Shown here piece after piece: positions 60,160-64,000 of a stretch of 64,000 bases of DNA. Positions within the stretch are counted from its first letter, which is position 1. Each line of letters starts with the position of its first letter. A program made the position numbers and the translations under genes. Location of the stretch: NCBI RefSeq assembly GCF_963921235.1, contig NC_086123.1, forward strand, positions 17,298,001 through 17,362,000, written 5' to 3'. The DNA comes from Mobula hypostoma. Taxonomy: Eukaryota. The notes below the pieces were generated by a model that saw only the letters and a list, made by a program, of their open reading frames with translations, had not been told where the DNA came from and did no database searches.

Positions 60160-60682
60160 AAGCATATTCTGGCATCTTCCAGCTTCCTTTCCAGTCCTGA
60201 TGAAGGGTCTGGGCCCGAAACCATTTCCATACGTGCTGCCTGACTTGCTGACTGCCTCCAACCTTCCGTGTGTGATGCATTTGGGAACTGTTGCCTATTG
60301 CGATCTGTCAATCAAGCAATGCAGATTGGGAAGCTTATCTCAAGACAGTGATGATTTCCTAGAGAGTTATATTACTGTGACAGTAACCTACAAGCAGTTT
60401 CAAAACCACAAGGGATTCTTCAGGTGCTGGAAATCAGGGCAACGCGCAAAATGCTGGAGGAACTCACGCGGTCAGGCAGCATCTGTGGAGGGGAATGAAC
60501 AGTTAACGCTTTGGGCCGAGACCCCTCACAAGCAAGTCAGGCAACCTGTATGGAGGGGAATAAACAGCTGACGTATCGGGCCAAGACCTTTCATCGGTCT
60601 CGATGGAGAATCTCTTCCCGAGGCGTCGACTGTTCATTCCCTGCCGCAGATACTGCCTGACTTGCCGAGTTCCCGTTGCTCT
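60160..60682. mobile_element. Cluster of Penelope terminal-repeat fragments in both orientations
   Basis: Four hammerhead-containing PLE-end copies: 60192-60221 (+), 60500-60530 (-), 60565-60597 (-), 60597-60632 (+). Confidence 0.8.
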
Positions 60683-61987
60683 TGATGAGAAGTTTTAGGC
60701 CACCATCCAAGAGCCCTTTGAAACTGCTCCACGTTGTATCTGCATTCTCGGTATAATCCGTTCACTTCTAGTGGAGCCATGGTCGGTCCACAGTCCTAGT
60801 TTCCTCGGGCAGCTGAAGGTTCGACTCACGTCGATCAGAAGACACTCCACCGTCAAGATCAGTTCTTGCAGGGTCACTGTATAAAATTTATAGCGAGGCT
60901 GTTTTGAAAGGAATGGATTCAGATAAATGATTTTAATAAAATTGCATGAATGAGGGGAACCATATTTCACGAGACAATGACATCCTGTCAGCAGCCAGCT
61001 CTGAGGTCATCATCCCATTAGTAAGTACTCTGCACAATGAACAAGTGCTACGAATATGGCACGACTTAAATGTTGAAAAGATTTCACCATCAGCAGCTTT
61101 ATTTTGAAATCTAGAGGGTGCAATTAGAGATGATTTCACTGGAAAATACTTTACTTAGAAGCAGCCAGTTCTGTGCTTCAGTCCTTCACAAGTGGGAATT
61201 ACATCTACTCTGCCGGGTTTGAAGGGTAATTTAATTGACTGATAATTCAGTAACTTGTTCACGACGGCTGGAGACAGCACTCCACTGCACTCTTGCTTTG
61301 TGGCCGTACGAGCAGATGCTCTCACACTGTGCCTGCAGTAATCTGAGAAATAAAGTTGAAAGGAATAGAAACTGCATGGTGAGCGCACAGCTTCAGCTAG
61401 ACATGATGCTGGTTTCGACTCCAGATCTGAATGATTTGAATGCAAATCTAGCTGAGAGATTGCATATAAACCAGATAATTATTATGTGCCTGTAGGCAGG
61501 AAATATGACATTGTATTTTGAGGCTGGTCCAAGTGTTCTATAAGGTGATATAAATCTGATGGCTAAACAATGGAACTAGTGTTTTCTAAAGCAAGAAGTG
61601 TAGCACTTAATAGTTACACCTAGCAATACCTTCTGTTTTAAAAGCCCTATTTCTCATAAAGCAGGGGATTTTATTCAATTGCTTGCATCCAGTAACAAAG
61701 ATTACTCTAATTTTACCTCAGTGTAACTGCTTATCAAGAAGAAGGGAGTTGCAGCTGAAGCCGCCTGTAACTAGGCCGCAGTTCCAGCCTTTTGCCGGAC
61801 GCTCGTGCACGCAAAGGGAACAGATTGCTCCTGGCACTGAATCACCAGCCTGTTTGCGCACCATTGTCTCTGGTTCACTGAAAAGGAAAATCATCCATAG
61901 AATTAATTGAAATATCTAAGCTCTATTGTGCCTTTACCACTTTCACTGAAGCCCATCCTTGCTGCAAATGCAGGTGTACTGGGGAGA

Positions 61988-62238
61988 ACGTTCTTCCCCT
62001 CTGTCATCCAATTTCTCAATGGACATTGAATCCGTGAACGCTACCTCACTTCTTTAGTATTTCTGTTTTTGCACTATTTTTAATTCAACTATTATATATA
62101 TATATATTCACTGTAATTGATTTGCTTATTTTAAAAAATCTATTATCACGTATTGCAGGGTACTGCTGCTGCAAAGTTAACAAATGTCGCGACACATGCC
62201 AGTGATAATAAACCTGATACTGATTTAATTCTGATTCT
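61988..62238 (+). mobile_element. Rex1 3' UTR/tail
   Basis: Matches 3230-3498; AATAAACCTGATACTGA. Confidence 0.8.
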
Positions 62239-62239
62239 G

Positions 62240-63640
62240 GCCACCTGGTACAGAAACATCAATGAACAGTCTCAAAGCAGGCTGCAGAGGGCGGTGGACT
62301 CTACCAGCTCCATCATGGGCACATAACCCTCCCACCACTGAGGACATCTTCAACAAGCAACATCCAGCAGTAAGGACCCTCTCCAACTGGGACTTGCCTT
62401 ATTTTCTTTATAACTATCAGTAAGGAGGTACAGGAGCCTGAAGGCCCACACTCAATGTTTTAGGCTACGTCCACACTACGCCAGATAATTTTGAAAACGA
62501 AGCTTTTTCTCTTCGTTTTGACCTTCCGTCCACACTGAAATGGCATTTTCACCCCCAAAAACGGAGATTTTCGGAAACGGTTTCCAGAGTGAATAAATCT
62601 GAAAACGCCCAATATCGGTTGCAGTGTGTACGGGGTAACCAGAGCTTTTTAAAACCGCTGTCATGACGTGCCGTAACAGATGGCAGCAGCCCGGCATTTC
62701 ATTGTTTTCTTCTTCTTCTTCTTATTATTATTATTACTACTTTATTGTCGCTAAACAATTGATACTAGAGCGTACAATCATCACAGCAATATTTGATTCT
62801 GCGCCTCGCAGAACCTAACAATTTCAGAACAGACGGCAACGAAACTGAAGCCAGAAGAGTTAGAAATGTACTCACCAAATACTTTGACCCATAGCTTACT
62901 GGATAAATAAGTATACTCACTTTGCCCTGTTTTCTGTCCTTGCTTGTATGAAGGTGGTTTACCTATTTATGCAAGTACTTCTCTGACAATAGATGTGTAA
63001 CAGCCTAATGTAACATTGTATGGAAATACAAGATAACACTGATGCAGACATGTTTTATACATATAACAAGGTGCTTTATTAATGCAACAGAGTTAGTCAG
63101 TTTTTCAATGTTTGTCGTCAGCCGGGTCATACTGTCCGTGAACTCCCTGTCAGTTGCCTCCATACGCTCCAGTATTAGTTTTTTTGTTTTAAGTCCTCCT
63201 GCACGAGAGCCAAGAGCAATTCCTTTTAAGTTTTTCTACTCTGTAACTGGACAAACGCGCACTAAGTATACCATTTCCTCTTCGCGTGTTTTCTGTGTGT
63301 CCTGCGCGTGCCCAGTGGAGGAGATTCACCTAAAGATCCATGTTAGTGTGGACGGATATATTTTGAAAAACGCTTAGTATGTATGCCTGTCGTTTTTACT
63401 CGAAACTGGCGTTTTCAAAATTATCTGGCGTAGTGTGGACATACCCTTAATGACAGCTTCTTCCTCTCTGCCGTCAGATTCCTGAATAGTTCATGAGCCC
63501 GTGAATACTACCTCACTGTTCCTTTTTTGCACTTCTAAATAAAATTCTTTTGTAACGTATAGTCACTTTAAAGTCTTGGGCTGTACCACTGCCGCCAAAC
63601 AAACTTCGCGACACCTCTGTGGTGGTAAACCTGATCTGAT
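62240..63640 (+). mobile_element. Rex1 3' end, split by a Harbinger element
   Basis: Removing the insert restores KAHTQCF-NDSFFLSAVRFLNSS*. Confidence 0.85.
62463..63446. mobile_element. PIF/Harbinger non-autonomous DNA transposon, 984 bp
   Basis: 37-bp TIR GGCTACGTCCACACTACGCCAGATAATTTTGAAAACG (2 mismatches at the right end); 3-bp TSD TTA at 62460-62462 and 63447-63449. Confidence 0.92.
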
Positions 63641-63897
63641 CGCGTGGAGAGATGTAAGCGATCGCGGCCATGCCTGAGACAGGTAGTGCAAGAAGGAACA
63701 GGCCTGTCAAGTGTGATTCAGAGCAAGTTCTTCAAACTGACGTGGATGGAAGCTAATTTTCCATGTTTCTGACCATCAAAGGTTTATGTGAAGGGGGGGG
63801 GTGGGGAACAACTACTGTCATGAGAAAAAAGTAACTGCAAACTGCCTTACCCTCACTTACTCCAATCAATATCCCTAAGTTACTTGGCTACTGCCCA

Positions 63898-63911
63898 CTG
63901 CCCCCTAGTGT
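63898..63911 (-). promoter_or_regulatory. CTCF-binding motif (predicted)
   Basis: Minus strand ACACTAGGGGGCAG. Confidence 0.5.
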
Positions 63912-64000
63912 GTAGGCGAGTGCTAGAGTTCATGGTTGTTGATGGGAATACTGGGAAAATGGAGTGTATTAATACAAATGGGCGTTAACAGTTGGCGCAG

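Overview
This is vertebrate genomic DNA with a repeat landscape typical of a cartilaginous fish, most likely a batoid ray. That assignment is an inference from the CR1 LINE, V-SINE, Rex1 and Penelope mix. I recognise no host protein-coding exon, tRNA or rRNA gene, CRISPR array or prokaryotic feature. The window looks intronic or intergenic, and roughly half of it is transposon-derived. The retroelements are decayed CR1 and Rex1/Babar LINEs, Penelope-like elements (PLE; RT + GIY-YIG), tRNA-derived V-SINEs, RTE-dependent non-autonomous elements and two solo LTRs. The DNA transposons are Tc1, hAT and PIF/Harbinger types. There is also a 30-31 bp minisatellite. Nearly all long ORFs in the track are TE remnants or their antisense shadows. 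The most interesting signals are non-coding: (1) a damaged but recognisable HDV-like ribozyme fold inside a non-autonomous RTE element (45662-45806, minus); (2) about ten minimal hammerhead-ribozyme relics in PLE termini; (3) several nested insertions resolvable to the base through their TSDs, including a three-level LINE nest; (4) a hAT element with a 6-bp TSD that keeps a spliced BED-finger first exon; (5) strong CTCF motifs. Both ribozyme classes are already known from retroelements in general, so any novelty would lie in these specific families. Boundaries without a quoted TSD are approximate.
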